The position numbers were made by a program, and so were the translations under genes. Source: an uncultured Acidobacteriota bacterium (lineage in GTDB: Bacteria; Acidobacteriota; Thermoanaerobaculia; Multivoradales; UBA5704). Taken from it: DNA of 64,000 nucleotides. This document shows positions 28,388-38,514 of this stretch, piece after piece. The notes below the pieces were generated by a model. It saw only the letters and a list, made by a program, of their open reading frames with translations. It did no database searches and was not told the origin of the DNA. The stretch's first letter is position 1. Every line of letters starts with the position of its first letter. Where the stretch lies: contig OY969474.1 in the NCBI GenBank assembly GCA_963700145.1, positions 1,248,001 through 1,312,000 of the forward strand, read 5' to 3'.

Positions 28388-30412
28388 ATGCCGTTCCGCC
28401 GTCCTCCCGGTTCCTGCCGCGCCGCCCTCGCCTGGCCGCTCCTGGCCCTCGCGCTCCTCCTCGCCGGCGGTCCCCCCGACGCCCCGGCGGCGCCGGGCCT
28501 CCGCGCGACGACCGCCCCGCTCGACATCTCGCGCGTCCGCCTCGAGCGCCTGGGGACCGGCCTCGGGGCGATCACCGGCATTACCCATGCCGGCGACGAC
28601 CGCCTCTTCCTCACCCTGCGCGACGGGCGGATCGCGATCTTCTCCGGCGGCCGTGTGCTCACCCGTCTCTTCCTCGACATCCGGTCTCTCACCACCACCG
28701 ACGGCGAGCGCGGGCTCCTCTCGACCGCCTTTCACCCGCGCTACGCCGAGAACGGCTTCTTCTTCGTCAACTACACGGACAACCGCGGCGACACGGTCGT
28801 CGCCCGCTACCGGGTGACGGCCGGCGACCCCGGCCTCGCCGATCCCGCCAGCGCGCGCGTGCTGCTCACCATCGGGCAGCCCTTCGCCAACCACAACGGC
28901 GGCCAGCTCCAGTTCGGCCCGGACGGCTATCTCTACATCGGCATGGGGGACGGCGGCTCCGGCGGCGACCCCGCCTGCCGGGCGCAGCGCGGCAACGACC
29001 TGCTCGGCAAGATGCTGCGCATCGACGTCGATCAGAACGCCGGCGCGGCGCCCTTCCACGGCATCCCGCCGAGCAACCCGTTCGTCGGCGTCGCCGGCGT
29101 GCGGCCCGAGATCTGGGCCGTCGGTTTCCGCAACCCCTGGCGCTTCACGTTCGACCGCGCGACCGGCGACATGTACATCGGCGACGTCGGGCAGAACGCG
29201 CGCGAGGAGATCGACTTCCAGCCGGCGGCCAGCCGCGGCGGCGAGAACTACGGCTGGAAGGTCATGGAGGGCAACGCCTGCTTCAGCCGCGACGCCTGCC
29301 CGTCGAGCGTGCCGCCGTGCGGCGCCTCGGTCCTGGTGCGGCCGATCCTGGAGTACGACCACGGCGGCGACGACTGCTCGGTCTCCGGCGGCTACGTCTA
29401 CCGCGGCACCCAGGTGCCCGAGCTCGCCGGCGCCTACCTCTTCGGCGACCTGTGCAGCGGGCGGGTGCGGATCGCCGAGCGCAGCGGCGGCGTCTGGAGC
29501 GCGCAGATCCTGGGCGACCGCGCGCCGCTCCTCACCACCTTCGGCGAGGACCGCCTGGGCGAGCTCTACGTCGGCACCCTCGGCGGCGACCTCTTCCGCC
29601 TGGCGACCGACGCGCCGCCGCCACCACCACCTCCGCCACCTCCGCCGCCTCCTCCCCCACCGCCGCCCCCGCCCCCCGGCGAGGGCGACGGGGTCGGCCT
29701 CTTCGACCCGGCGCTCTCCCGCTTCCACTTGAAGGACGCGCTGCGCACCGGCCCGGCCGACCGCTCCGTCCGCTTCGGCCCGGTCAACAACCCCTGGCGG
29801 CCGCTCGCCGGCGACTGGAACGGCGACGGCGCCGCCACGATCGGCTTCTTCGATCCGGGGACCCGGCGCTTCCGGCTCAAGGACTCGCTCTCGGGCGGCG
29901 CTTCCGACCGCCTCTTCACGCTCGCCGCCGTGCCGCCCGCGGCCGCCGGCGCGGTGACCGGCGACTGGAATGGCGACGGCGCCGACGGCGTCGGCCTCTA
30001 CGACGACGCGTCGCGCACCTTCCACCTGCGCGACGACGCCACCGGCGGCCCGGCCGACCACACCGTCCGCTTCACCGGCGCGGCGGCCGGCTGGCTGCCG
30101 ATTGCCGGCGATTGGGACGGCGACGGACGGGACGGCGTCGGCCTCTACGATCCGGCCGCCTCGGTCTTCCACCTGCGCAACCCGCTGACCAACGGGCCGG
30201 CGACGACGGTCTACCCGTTCGGCCCGGGAGGACGCGGCTGGCTGCCGGTTGCCGGCGATTGGGACGGCGACGGCGACGACACGATCGGGCTCTACAACCC
30301 GCTGCAGCGGAGCTTCCGGCTCGAGAACCGGCACGCCACCGGCACCGCCGACATTCGCTTCGTCTTCTCCGGAGCGGCCGCCTCCTGGCGGCCTCTCGCC
30401 GGGCGATGGTGA
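28388..30412 (+). CDS. PQQ-dependent sugar dehydrogenase (GSDH) with poly-Pro linker and GDWxGDG repeat domain
   Basis: GERGLL, NHNGGQLQFGPDGYLYIGMGDGG, GFRNPWRF, GDVGQ; four GDW(N/D)GDG repeats. Confidence 0.9.
   Translation: MPFRRPPGSCRAALAWPLLALALLLAGGPPDAPAAPGLRATTAPLDISRVRLERLGTGLGAITGITHAGDDRLFLTLRDGRIAIFSGGRVLTRLFLDIRSLTTTDGERGLLSTAFHPRYAENGFFFVNYTDNRGDTVVARYRVTAGDPGLADPASARVLLTIGQPFANHNGGQLQFGPDGYLYIGMGDGGSGGDPACRAQRGNDLLGKMLRIDVDQNAGAAPFHGIPPSNPFVGVAGVRPEIWAVGFRNPWRFTFDRATGDMYIGDVGQNAREEIDFQPAASRGGENYGWKVMEGNACFSRDACPSSVPPCGASVLVRPILEYDHGGDDCSVSGGYVYRGTQVPELAGAYLFGDLCSGRVRIAERSGGVWSAQILGDRAPLLTTFGEDRLGELYVGTLGGDLFRLATDAPPPPPPPPPPPPPPPPPPPPPGEGDGVGLFDPALSRFHLKDALRTGPADRSVRFGPVNNPWRPLAGDWNGDGAATIGFFDPGTRRFRLKDSLSGGASDRLFTLAAVPPAAAGAVTGDWNGDGADGVGLYDDASRTFHLRDDATGGPADHTVRFTGAAAGWLPIAGDWDGDGRDGVGLYDPAASVFHLRNPLTNGPATTVYPFGPGGRGWLPVAGDWDGDGDDTIGLYNPLQRSFRLENRHATGTADIRFVFSGAAASWRPLAGRW
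29615..29677 (+). repeat. 21-codon polyproline linker
   Basis: CCN x21 between the GSDH and repeat domains. Confidence 0.9.
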
Positions 30413-30413
30413 T

Positions 30414-30863
30414 CTAAATCTTGAACAGCGCGTCGAAGGCGGCGCGCGGGTCGGTGGGTCCGGGCTTGGCGCTCTCGGCGCCGAACTCCTGCACCGTCTT
30501 GGGCTGGAAGCAGGGGCACTCGTTGCGCTCGCGCTTCTTGACCACCCGGGCGGGGATCTCGGCGTGCCGGCGGCACTCCCAGCGGGCGGCGGTGTCGAAG
30601 TGGAGGCAGTTGGAGCAGGTGTGGAGGGCGGCGCCGCAGCGGCCGCAGGCGGCGTCGAACGGCACCTCGTCGGCGGCGCCGGTCAGCAGGCGCTTCTCGC
30701 CGCAGGCGGCGCAGCGGAAGACGGTCTCGGTGGGGCGGCCGAGGCCGCGCCCCCGCGGCCCCTCGGGCTTCTCGCGCGGGCCCTGCGGCGGCCGATCCTT
30801 CCTCTCCTCGGAGCGGCCGGTGTCCTGGTAGCCGCGCTGGCGGTATTTCCGGTCGTCGGCCAT
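30414..30863 (-). CDS. Cys-rich Zn-ribbon protein
   Basis: MADDRKYRQRGY; CAAC, CGRC, CSNCLHFD, ARWEC, NECPCF; ends RAAFDALFK. Confidence 0.8.
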   Translation of the reverse strand: MADDRKYRQRGYQDTGRSEERKDRPPQGPREKPEGPRGRGLGRPTETVFRCAACGEKRLLTGAADEVPFDAACGRCGAALHTCSNCLHFDTAARWECRRHAEIPARVVKKRERNECPCFQPKTVQEFGAESAKPGPTDPRAAFDALFKI

Positions 30864-30874
30864 CGCGGGGGAGT

Positions 30875-31873
30875 CTAGCTCCCCCAGCGCGCCGGGTAGC
30901 CGCGGGTGTCGACGTGCAGGTACGGTCCGTGGCTGGCGCCGCCGCGGTAGAACCCCAGCCCGCCGACGTACTCCGCCAAGGTCGGCAGCCCGTCGATCCC
31001 CTCGACGATGCGGCGCAGCGCCTCGGCGTCGCCGTTGCCCAGGCGGCCGTTGCCGTCGAGGTCGTCCATCCGGCCGTTGCCGTCCTGGTCGACGAAGAGG
31101 TCGGCGGCGTCGCCGTAGATGTGCCGGCTGTAGCGGCCGCGGCCGCGGGTGTGGTTGTGGTGCGGCGTGCGGTAGCCGCTCTGGATGCTCAGCGTGTCGG
31201 CGGGATGCCCCGAGGCGTTGACCGCCTCGACGATCATCTCGAGCTTGAGCAGCAGCCGCTCGCGCAGCGCCACGTACTTGGGGAAGCCGCCCTGCTGGCG
31301 GCAGAGGAACTGCGCCAGCGTGAAGTGCGGGGCGACGCGGGCGTCGCGCAGCTCCTCGGTGACCTCGATGAAGCCGCGCGGCGGCAGGTAGGAGGGGAGG
31401 TCGCGGAAGGGCTCGTCCGGGTAGTCGCCGAGGCGGTAGCCGTTGAGCTCGCCGCCGTTGGCCTGCGAGGCCGGCACCATGACGAAGACGTTGAGGGTCA
31501 GGGTGCGCCCGCTCGGCGCCTGGTGCACGATGAGCGGGTAGAGGCCGGTCGCCGCCGGCGCCGTCCAGCGCCAGGCCGCGGGCCCCGCCGGCTCGACCGC
31601 CGTCTCCCCCGGCGCCTCCAGCTCGTAGCTCCCGGCCGCCCGGTCGGCTTCGGCGACCGCCAGCGGCAGCACCTCGCCCGGCAGGACGAACACCCCGAGC
31701 AGCGTGTGGTGGGTCTCCTCGCCGTGGAAGCGGACCGAGAAGCCGGCCCGGTCGGGCTGCCAGCCGGCGAAGTAGGGACCGCGGGCGGTGGCGGCGCCGC
31801 CCCCGGCGAGGACGGCGAGCAGCAGGCAGGCGGCGAGCTGCGGGATCGGGGACGAGGGGCGTGCTTGGCGCAG
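30875..31873 (-). CDS. Secreted peptidase M15A-like (D-Ala-D-Ala metallopeptidase) protein; probable CTG start
   Basis: HFTLAQFLC, SGYRTP.HN, SRHIYGDAAD, HVDTRG; AGGAGG followed by an in-frame CTG and a signal peptide. Confidence 0.8.
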   Translation of the reverse strand: MRQARPSSPIPQLAACLLLAVLAGGGAATARGPYFAGWQPDRAGFSVRFHGEETHHTLLGVFVLPGEVLPLAVAEADRAAGSYELEAPGETAVEPAGPAAWRWTAPAATGLYPLIVHQAPSGRTLTLNVFVMVPASQANGGELNGYRLGDYPDEPFRDLPSYLPPRGFIEVTEELRDARVAPHFTLAQFLCRQQGGFPKYVALRERLLLKLEMIVEAVNASGHPADTLSIQSGYRTPHHNHTRGRGRYSRHIYGDAADLFVDQDGNGRMDDLDGNGRLGNGDAEALRRIVEGIDGLPTLAEYVGGLGFYRGGASHGPYLHVDTRGYPARWGS

Positions 31874-32057
31874 GCGATCCTCCTGGCACTCCGAGCCGGT
31901 GCCGCCAAGCGCGCGGCGGGCGCGGCACCCAAGGCTCCTGCGAAGGGGGGCCCCGGAGAGACCGGACCTCGCCGTGCTGACGGCTGTTCAGTTGTTCGAC
32001 CGCGGGAGGATAGCAGGAGGAGGGGGCGCGCCGGAAGTCAAGCCCGGGCCAAGGCCG

Positions 32058-32858
32058 CTACCCGAGCATGGCCGGGCGCTCGGCCGCGGGCGCCGCGGCG
32101 TCCGCCGCCAGCTCGAAGTCGACGACCACCGGCAGGTGGTCGCTGGCGACGCGCGAGACGTAGAGGCGGCAGCGGTGGGCGGCGGCGAGCTGGAGGCCGC
32201 CCCGGTAGTAGACCCGGTCGAGCCCGCCGCGCGGCGAGAAGGCCGGGTAGGTCGCGATCGGCGATTGCTGGCCGCTGCGCAGGTCGGTGGCGCAGCGGAA
32301 GCCGAGCCCGTCGGTGAAGACCGCGCGCAGCTGCGAGCGCCAGTCGTTGAAGTCGCCGCCCACGAGACACGGCCCGTCGAGCGCCATGTCGGCGAACTCC
32401 GAGGAGCGCACCAGCAGCTCCACCTGCGCCGCCCGCTCCCAGGCCGAGAGACCGAGGTGGAGGTTGAAGACCTCGAGCGGCGGCCCGTCGGGGAGCGGCA
32501 GCAGCGTCGTGTGCTGGCTGCCGCGCCGCTTGCGGTTGCCGATCGTCAGGTCGATGTTGCGCTCGCGCAGGATCGGGAAGCGGGAGAGGGTGGCGTTGCC
32601 GTAGCGCCCCCCTTTGCGCAGGGTGACGTTGTGGCCGACCGCCACGTGCGGGTAGTCGAGCGCGCGGGCGAGGCCGCGCCCGAGGTCGAGCTCGCGCGAG
32701 CGCGGCGCCCCCTCGTCCACCTCCTGGAGGAGGACGACGTCGCCGGCGTGGTGGCGGAGGATCTCGACGATCCGATCGGGGCGGAAGCGGCGGTCGACGC
32801 CGATCGCGCGATGGATGTTGTAGGTGACGACGCGGAGGCGCACGGCGAGGGCTCTCAC
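32058..32858 (-). CDS. Endonuclease/exonuclease/phosphatase family protein
   Basis: TYNIH, LQEVD, GDFN, LDR, ASDHLP. Confidence 0.9.
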   Translation of the reverse strand: MRALAVRLRVVTYNIHRAIGVDRRFRPDRIVEILRHHAGDVVLLQEVDEGAPRSRELDLGRGLARALDYPHVAVGHNVTLRKGGRYGNATLSRFPILRERNIDLTIGNRKRRGSQHTTLLPLPDGPPLEVFNLHLGLSAWERAAQVELLVRSSEFADMALDGPCLVGGDFNDWRSQLRAVFTDGLGFRCATDLRSGQQSPIATYPAFSPRGGLDRVYYRGGLQLAAAHRCRLYVSRVASDHLPVVVDFELAADAAAPAAERPAMLG

Positions 32859-32908
32859 CCCGCGCTGCCGGCCAGGCCGGGCCGCCGGGGGGCATCTATA
32901 GTAGCCGG

Positions 32909-33457
32909 ATGGCGCGCGTCTTTACTGCCGGCCACTCCACGCGGACGGCCGCCGAGCTGCTCGAGATCCTCACCGAGGCCGGGGTCGAGCTCCTGGTCGA
33001 CGTCCGCCGCTTCCCCGGCTCGCGCCGGCACCCGCAGTTCGGGCAGGAGGCGTTGGCCGCGAGCTTGGCGGAGGCCGGCATCGACTATCGCCACGAGCCC
33101 GACCTCGGCGGCCGCCGGGCGCCCCGCCCAGGCTCCCCCCACACCGCCTGGCGCGTCGCCGCCTTCCGCGGCTACGCCGACCACATGGAGACGCCGGAGT
33201 TCGCCGCCGCCCTGGCGCGCCTGGAGGGAGCCGCCGCGGAGCGGCCGACCGTCATCCTCTGCGCCGAGGCGCTCCCCCAACGCTGCCACCGGCGGCTGAT
33301 CGCCGACGCCCTCGTCGCCCGCGGCCACGAGGTCGTCCACCTCCTCGCCCCCGGCCGCGCCGAGCCGCACGCCCTCCATCCCGACGCGCGCGTGCTGGCG
33401 GACGGGCGGCTCCTCTACGCCGCCGGCGAGCCGGCCGGGCTCTTCGCAGCCCTGTAG
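32909..33457 (+). CDS. DUF488 family protein
   Basis: TAGHSTR, LVDVRRFPGSRR.PQF, LGGRR, CAE...CHR.LI. Confidence 0.9.
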   Translation: MARVFTAGHSTRTAAELLEILTEAGVELLVDVRRFPGSRRHPQFGQEALAASLAEAGIDYRHEPDLGGRRAPRPGSPHTAWRVAAFRGYADHMETPEFAAALARLEGAAAERPTVILCAEALPQRCHRRLIADALVARGHEVVHLLAPGRAEPHALHPDARVLADGRLLYAAGEPAGLFAAL

Positions 33458-33486
33458 CGCCCCTCGCCTGTGGTAGAAGAGACGGC

Positions 33487-35085
33487 GTGCCCCCCGCGCT
33501 GAAGCTGGTGCCCCGCGGCGCCGCCGTGCTGACGGGCGAGGTGTGCCCGGCCGAGACGCCGATCCACCTCGGCCGCGACACCGCTTGCGAGGTGGTCATC
33601 CCCGACCCCGCAGTGTCGCGCCGCCACGCCCGGCTGCGCTGGCAGGGCGCAGAGCTGCTGCTCGAGGACCTCGGCTCGACCGGCGGCACCTTCTGCAACG
33701 GCGCGCGGATCGAGCGCTCGGCCCTGCGGGCGGGGGACGTGGTGCGCTTCGGCCGCCACGTCGAGTACGTCGTCGAGCCGGTCGTCGGCACCTCGACGCT
33801 GCTGGACGCAACGCGGCAGGCGGGCGGCGGCGGCGAGGGGGTGCGCCACCTCCAGCTCCTGCTGGAGGTCGCCCGCACGCTCAACACCGCGACCGTCCTC
33901 GACGAGGTGCTCGACCTCGTGCTCGGGGCGGCGGCGCGGCTGATGCGCGCCGAGCGCGTCTTCCTGAGCCTGCGGGAGGGCAGCGAGACGAGCCTCCTCC
34001 GCTACCCGCGCAGCGCCGAGGCGCCGTCGCCCCCCGAGGTCGCGCTGCTCGAGCGGGCCCTGGCAAAGCGCATCACGGCGGTCGAGGAGCTGACCGCCCT
34101 CTCCTCGGCCGACACCACGCTCGGCCCGGCGGCCGAGGCCGCCGCCACCCCGCTCCTCGTCGCCCACCGCACCGTGGGGCCGCCGCAGGACGCCTCCTTC
34201 GTCGGCCGCGTCGAGGCGATCGGCGTGCTCCTCGTCGCGCGCTCGCTCTCGCGCGGTGGCTTCACGGCCGACGAGCTCGCCGTCTTGGAGTCGCTCGCCG
34301 CCGACGCCGCGATGGCGATCGACGGCGCCCGCCTCTACCGCGAGGCGCGGGAGAAAGCCAAGATCGACCATGAGATGACGCTGGCGCGGTCGATCCAGAC
34401 CGCCCTGCTGCGGCAACCCCCCGCGGTCCCCTTCGCCGAGGTCTTCGCCATCAGCCAGCCGGCGCGCAGCGTCGGCGGCGACCTCTACCACGGCGCGCTG
34501 CTTCCCGGCGGCGGTCTCGCCCTGGCGGTGGGCGACATCTCGGGCAAGGGGGTCTCGGCGGCGCTGCTGATGGCCCTCCTCCAGGGGCTCCTCGAGCTCC
34601 TCCACGACCTCGGCCGGCCGCTCGCCGAGGTGCTGCCGGCGCTCGACCGCACGCTCCACCGCTACAACCCGGGGAACCGCTTCTGCACGCTGGCCGCCGC
34701 CCACCTCGCGCCGGATGGCGCGGTCGAGCTGGCCAACGCCGGCCACTGCCCGATGGCGCTGCTGCGGCGCGACGGCGGCCTCGAGCGGGTCGCCGCGCAC
34801 GGGCCGATCCTCGGCCTCCTCCCCGCCGCGAGCTGGGTCACCGAGCGCCTGGCGCTGGCGCCCGGCGACACGCTCGTCCTCTACAGCGACGGCATCCCGG
34901 AGTCGGCGGCGCCGGACGGCCGGGAGCTGGGCGACGCGGGGGTGGACGCCTGCCTCGGCCGGCTCGCCGGCGCGGCGCCGCAGGCCATCGCCGACGCCCT
35001 CCTCCAGACCGCCGCCGACCACCGCCGCGGCCGCGAGGCCGAGGACGACGTGACCCTGCTGGTCGCCCGCTACACCGGCGCCTGA
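33487..35085 (+). CDS. FHA-GAF-PP2C (SpoIIE) Ser/Thr phosphatase
   Basis: LGR..VSRRHA..DLGSTGGTF (FHA); VGGDLY, GDISGKG, YSDGI, DDVT. Confidence 0.9.
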   Translation: MPPALKLVPRGAAVLTGEVCPAETPIHLGRDTACEVVIPDPAVSRRHARLRWQGAELLLEDLGSTGGTFCNGARIERSALRAGDVVRFGRHVEYVVEPVVGTSTLLDATRQAGGGGEGVRHLQLLLEVARTLNTATVLDEVLDLVLGAAARLMRAERVFLSLREGSETSLLRYPRSAEAPSPPEVALLERALAKRITAVEELTALSSADTTLGPAAEAAATPLLVAHRTVGPPQDASFVGRVEAIGVLLVARSLSRGGFTADELAVLESLAADAAMAIDGARLYREAREKAKIDHEMTLARSIQTALLRQPPAVPFAEVFAISQPARSVGGDLYHGALLPGGGLALAVGDISGKGVSAALLMALLQGLLELLHDLGRPLAEVLPALDRTLHRYNPGNRFCTLAAAHLAPDGAVELANAGHCPMALLRRDGGLERVAAHGPILGLLPAASWVTERLALAPGDTLVLYSDGIPESAAPDGRELGDAGVDACLGRLAGAAPQAIADALLQTAADHRRGREAEDDVTLLVARYTGA

Positions 35086-35091
35086 GCGGGT

Positions 35092-35118
35092 TGTCGATTT
35101 CCCCGACCCTCGTTCGAC
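35092..35118 (+). promoter_or_regulatory. ECF42-type promoter upstream of the YciI/DGPF gene
   Basis: TGTCGA-N17-CGAC, matching the ECF42 -35/-10 consensus as recalled; an ECF42-like sigma factor lies at 38515. Confidence 0.65.
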
Positions 35119-35186
35119 GTCAGAGTAGAGCCGGGGATCACGAGCCCCGGCTCCCAACCCGAAAACCGGAAGGGAGAGAGACGACG

Positions 35187-35609
35187 ATGCGAGTCATGGT
35201 ACTGGTCAAAGCGGACAAGAGCTCCGAGGCGGGCGTCATGCCGGACGAGAAGCTCCTCACCGACATGACGAAGTTCAACGAGGACCTGGCGAAGGCGGGC
35301 GTGATGCTCGCCGGCGAAGGGCTCCATCCCAGCTCGAAGGGCGCGCGCGTGCGCTTTTCGGGCGGCAAGAAGACCGTCATCGACGGCCCCTTCGCCGAGG
35401 CCAAGGAGCTGGTCGCCGGCTTCTGGCTCTGGCAGGTGAAGTCGCTGGACGAGGCGATCGAGTGGCTCAAGCGCGCTCCGTTCGAGGGCACCGAGGTCGA
35501 GATCCGGCCGGTCTTCGAGGCGGCGGAATTCGGCGAGGCCCTCTCGCCGGAGCTGCGGGAGAGGGAGGAACGGATCGCCGCGCAAGCGGCCGAGAACGCC
35601 AAGCGGTAA
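35187..35609 (+). CDS. YciI/DGPF-family protein
   Basis: AGEGLHPSSKGARV and DGPFAEAKELVAGFW. Confidence 0.92.
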   Translation: MRVMVLVKADKSSEAGVMPDEKLLTDMTKFNEDLAKAGVMLAGEGLHPSSKGARVRFSGGKKTVIDGPFAEAKELVAGFWLWQVKSLDEAIEWLKRAPFEGTEVEIRPVFEAAEFGEALSPELREREERIAAQAAENAKR

Positions 35610-35619
35610 CGGCCGGAAC

Positions 35620-35661
35620 CCGGCGCACGATCGGCGCGGTGTCGCGTCGATCGTGCGCCGG
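35620..35661. terminator. Long hairpin between convergent genes (bidirectional terminator-like)
   Basis: CCGGCGCACGATCGGCGCG-GTGT-CGCGTCGATCGTGCGCCGG. Confidence 0.65.
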
Positions 35662-35674
35662 TCGGTTGTTCCAG

Positions 35675-36823
35675 CTACGGCACCGGAGTCGCTGAGAACG
35701 CCGGCCGCGCGCCGGTGTCCGGATCGAAGGCCCTCCCCGTGATCACCCCGCGGTCGTTGATGTCCTGGGCGGTGGTCAGGACGTCGCCGTAGCCGGGCGC
35801 GACGAGCGTGTTGAGGTCCGTCATGACGCCGTCCTCCCAGAGGAAGGCGCGGCAGGCGCCGGCGGCGTCGCACGACACGCCGACCACCTGGCCCCGGGCG
35901 TTGATGCCGTGGGCTTCGCTGTAGACGTCGCCCGGCAGCGTGCCGACTTTGCGGATGCCGCCGCGCCGCGTCCAGAGGAACGCGCGCAGCTGCGGGTCGT
36001 CCGGATCGTCGTCGGGCTGGCTGGCGAAGCCGACGACGTCGCCGCGCTGGTTGATGGCCATCGGCGTGTTCCAGGTCGCGCCGCCGAGGTTGCCGATGTC
36101 GGTCACCCTGCCTTTTTCCCAGAGCACGGCGTGCGCGGCGGTGTGGCGCCCGACCGCCTGGTCGCAGGCGCCCGAGATGCCGACGACCTGGCCGCGGTCG
36201 TTGATCGCGGTGGCGGCGGTGGAGGTGTCGCCGGGGAGCGGCGGCAACTCGCGGATTTGGTCGCCGGGCCCCCAGACGACGGCGCGGAACTGGAGGACCT
36301 GCGGCGGCACGCAGGTCGGGTCGTGCACGGTGTTCTCCGCCCACCCGACCACCTGCCCTCGGTTGTTGGCGCCGGTGGCGAAGCCGTTGTTGCCCCCGAG
36401 CGTCGGCAGCGCCCGCATCACGCCGTCTTCCCAGACGAACCCGAGACAGGTGAAGCCAGTCGCGGTCGCCGGCGGGAAGAAGGCCGCGCAGCTCCAGTTC
36501 TCCCCGAGCGGCTCGGGCGTGGAGGCCTGCGCGATGCCGACGAGCACGCCGTTGTTGTTCTTGACCGGCCAGGCGACGCTGCTGTTGGGGCCGCCGAGGG
36601 TGCCAAGGTCGAAGGCGGTGCCGTCCAGCCAGAGCGTGGCGTGCCGGGTCTGGTCCCCCGCCAGGTTCGAATAGCCGGCGATCCAGCCCCGGTTGTTGAC
36701 GCTGTTCCCGCGGCTCACCGTGCCGCCGAGCGAGGGGAGATTGGTGACGCGGTACTCCGCGCCCAGGGCGGCGGCGGGCAGCAACGCCGCGAGGACCAGG
36801 GATCGTGCGATGAGCGTCTTCAT
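35675..36823 (-). CDS. Secreted HAF-repeat protein
   Basis: AAGGAGG SD; signal peptide; repeats of LGTLGG..S.A.AIN.RGQVVG..AFLW. Confidence 0.88.
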   Translation of the reverse strand: MKTLIARSLVLAALLPAAALGAEYRVTNLPSLGGTVSRGNSVNNRGWIAGYSNLAGDQTRHATLWLDGTAFDLGTLGGPNSSVAWPVKNNNGVLVGIAQASTPEPLGENWSCAAFFPPATATGFTCLGFVWEDGVMRALPTLGGNNGFATGANNRGQVVGWAENTVHDPTCVPPQVLQFRAVVWGPGDQIRELPPLPGDTSTAATAINDRGQVVGISGACDQAVGRHTAAHAVLWEKGRVTDIGNLGGATWNTPMAINQRGDVVGFASQPDDDPDDPQLRAFLWTRRGGIRKVGTLPGDVYSEAHGINARGQVVGVSCDAAGACRAFLWEDGVMTDLNTLVAPGYGDVLTTAQDINDRGVITGRAFDPDTGARPAFSATPVP

Positions 36824-36990
36824 GATTGCCTCCTTCGGGCCGACCGGGCACTCTGCGACAGCGCGAGCGCCCGCCGGAGACGGTAGGGCCGCGCCCGCCC
36901 GCTTGCTCGCCGCTTTCGGACGCTGAATCGGCGGAATTCGGCGTCCGAATCCGGCGCGTCGAGGTCGCCGGGCTGGTGTAGGTTCGTGAG

Positions 36991-38505
36991 GTGATCGAGC
37001 CGGCCGGCCCTCCCCCATCGCTCCCCGCCGACGTCTGCCAGCGCGCGCTCGACGCGCGCGACGCGCGCTTCGACGGCCTCTTCTTCGTCGGCATCGTCAC
37101 CACCCGGATCTACTGCCGGCCGACCTGCCCGTCGCGGCGCGCCGACCCCGACCACCGGCGCTTCTTCGACTCCGCCGCCGCCGCCGAGGGCGCGGGGTTT
37201 CGCCCCTGCCTGCGCTGCCGCCCGGAGCTGGCGCCGGGGCGGGCGCTGATCGACGCGGTGTCGCGCCTCGCCGACACGGCCGCGCACCGCATCGCCGCCG
37301 GCGCGCTGAACGGCCGCCGGGTGGCGGACCTGGCCGCCGAGCTGGGAGTGAGCGAGCGCCACCTGCGGCGGGCCTTGCAGCGCGAGATCGGCGTCTCGCC
37401 GGTCGAGCTGGCGCAGACCCACCGCCTGCTGCTCGCCAAGCGCCTCCTCGCCGACACCGCCCTCTCGGTGACCGACGTCGCCTTCGCCAGCGGCTTCGAG
37501 AGCCTGCGCCGCTTCAACGTCACCTTCCGCGAGCGTTACGGGATGAGCCCCAGCGCCCTGCGGCGGCCGGCGCCGGCGCGCCCGGCGGCGACGTCAAGGC
37601 CGGCGGGCGATCTCCTGCGCCTGACGCTCGCCTACCGGCCGCCGCTGGCCTGGGACGCGCTCGCCGCCTTCCTGGGGCGCGAGGCGACGCCGGGGGTCGA
37701 GGTCGTGGAGGGCCGGCGCTACGGCCGCACGGTGCGGCTCGGCGGGCGGAGCGGTGTCGTCTTCGCCGAGGACTCGCCGGCGGAAGCCCAGGTGAAGATC
37801 GACATCTCGCCGTCGCTCCTGCCCGTGCTGATGCCCCTGCTGGCGCGGCTGCGGCAGCTCTTCGACCTCGACGCCCAGCCCGCGGTGGTGGACGCGCACC
37901 TCGAGCGCGGCGGGCTCGCCGCACTCGTCCGCCGGCGGCGCGGCGTGCGCCTCCCCGGCGCGCTCGACGGCTTCGAGGTCGGCCTGCGCGCGCTGCTCCG
38001 CGGCGCGGCGTCGTCGGGCGCTGCGACGCGCGCGCTCGCCGGCCGTGTCGCGGCGGCCCTGGGGGAGCCGCTCGACACCGGGGTCCCGGCCCTCAACCTG
38101 CTGGCGCCGAGCGCGGAGCGCGTGGCCGAGGCGGGAGCGTCGGGGCTGATGGCGATCGGCGTGTCGCGGCGGCGCGCCGACGGCATCCTGGCTTTCGCGC
38201 GGGCGGTCGCCGAGGGCGGGCTGCGGCTGGATCCCGGGAGCGACGTCGCCGAGACGCACCGCGCGCTGATGGCGATCGCCGGCATCGACGACCGGCTGGC
38301 GACGACGATCGTGATGCGCGCGCTGTACTGGCCGGACGCGTTCCCCGCCTCGGACCGCGCCCTCCAACACGCGGCGGGGGCCGCGAGCCCCGGGGTCCTG
38401 CGCGCCCGGGCGCGAAAGTGGCGCCCCTGGCGGGCGTACGCGGCCCAGCACCTCTGGCTGGGCCGCGCACCGCGGCCTTGCCGCGACGGATCGCCGATGA
38501 TGTGA
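36991..38505 (+). CDS. alkA: Ada-Zn/AraC-HTH/AlkA fusion (AdaA-AlkA DNA-3-methyladenine glycosylase)
   Basis: RDARFDG.FF, IYCRPTC, GFRPCLRCRP, SGF.S.RRFN, PDAFPASD, WRPWRAYA. Confidence 0.88.
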   Translation: MIEPAGPPPSLPADVCQRALDARDARFDGLFFVGIVTTRIYCRPTCPSRRADPDHRRFFDSAAAAEGAGFRPCLRCRPELAPGRALIDAVSRLADTAAHRIAAGALNGRRVADLAAELGVSERHLRRALQREIGVSPVELAQTHRLLLAKRLLADTALSVTDVAFASGFESLRRFNVTFRERYGMSPSALRRPAPARPAATSRPAGDLLRLTLAYRPPLAWDALAAFLGREATPGVEVVEGRRYGRTVRLGGRSGVVFAEDSPAEAQVKIDISPSLLPVLMPLLARLRQLFDLDAQPAVVDAHLERGGLAALVRRRRGVRLPGALDGFEVGLRALLRGAASSGAATRALAGRVAAALGEPLDTGVPALNLLAPSAERVAEAGASGLMAIGVSRRRADGILAFARAVAEGGLRLDPGSDVAETHRALMAIAGIDDRLATTIVMRALYWPDAFPASDRALQHAAGAASPGVLRARARKWRPWRAYAAQHLWLGRAPRPCRDGSPMM

Positions 38506-38514
38506 TCGGCCGCC

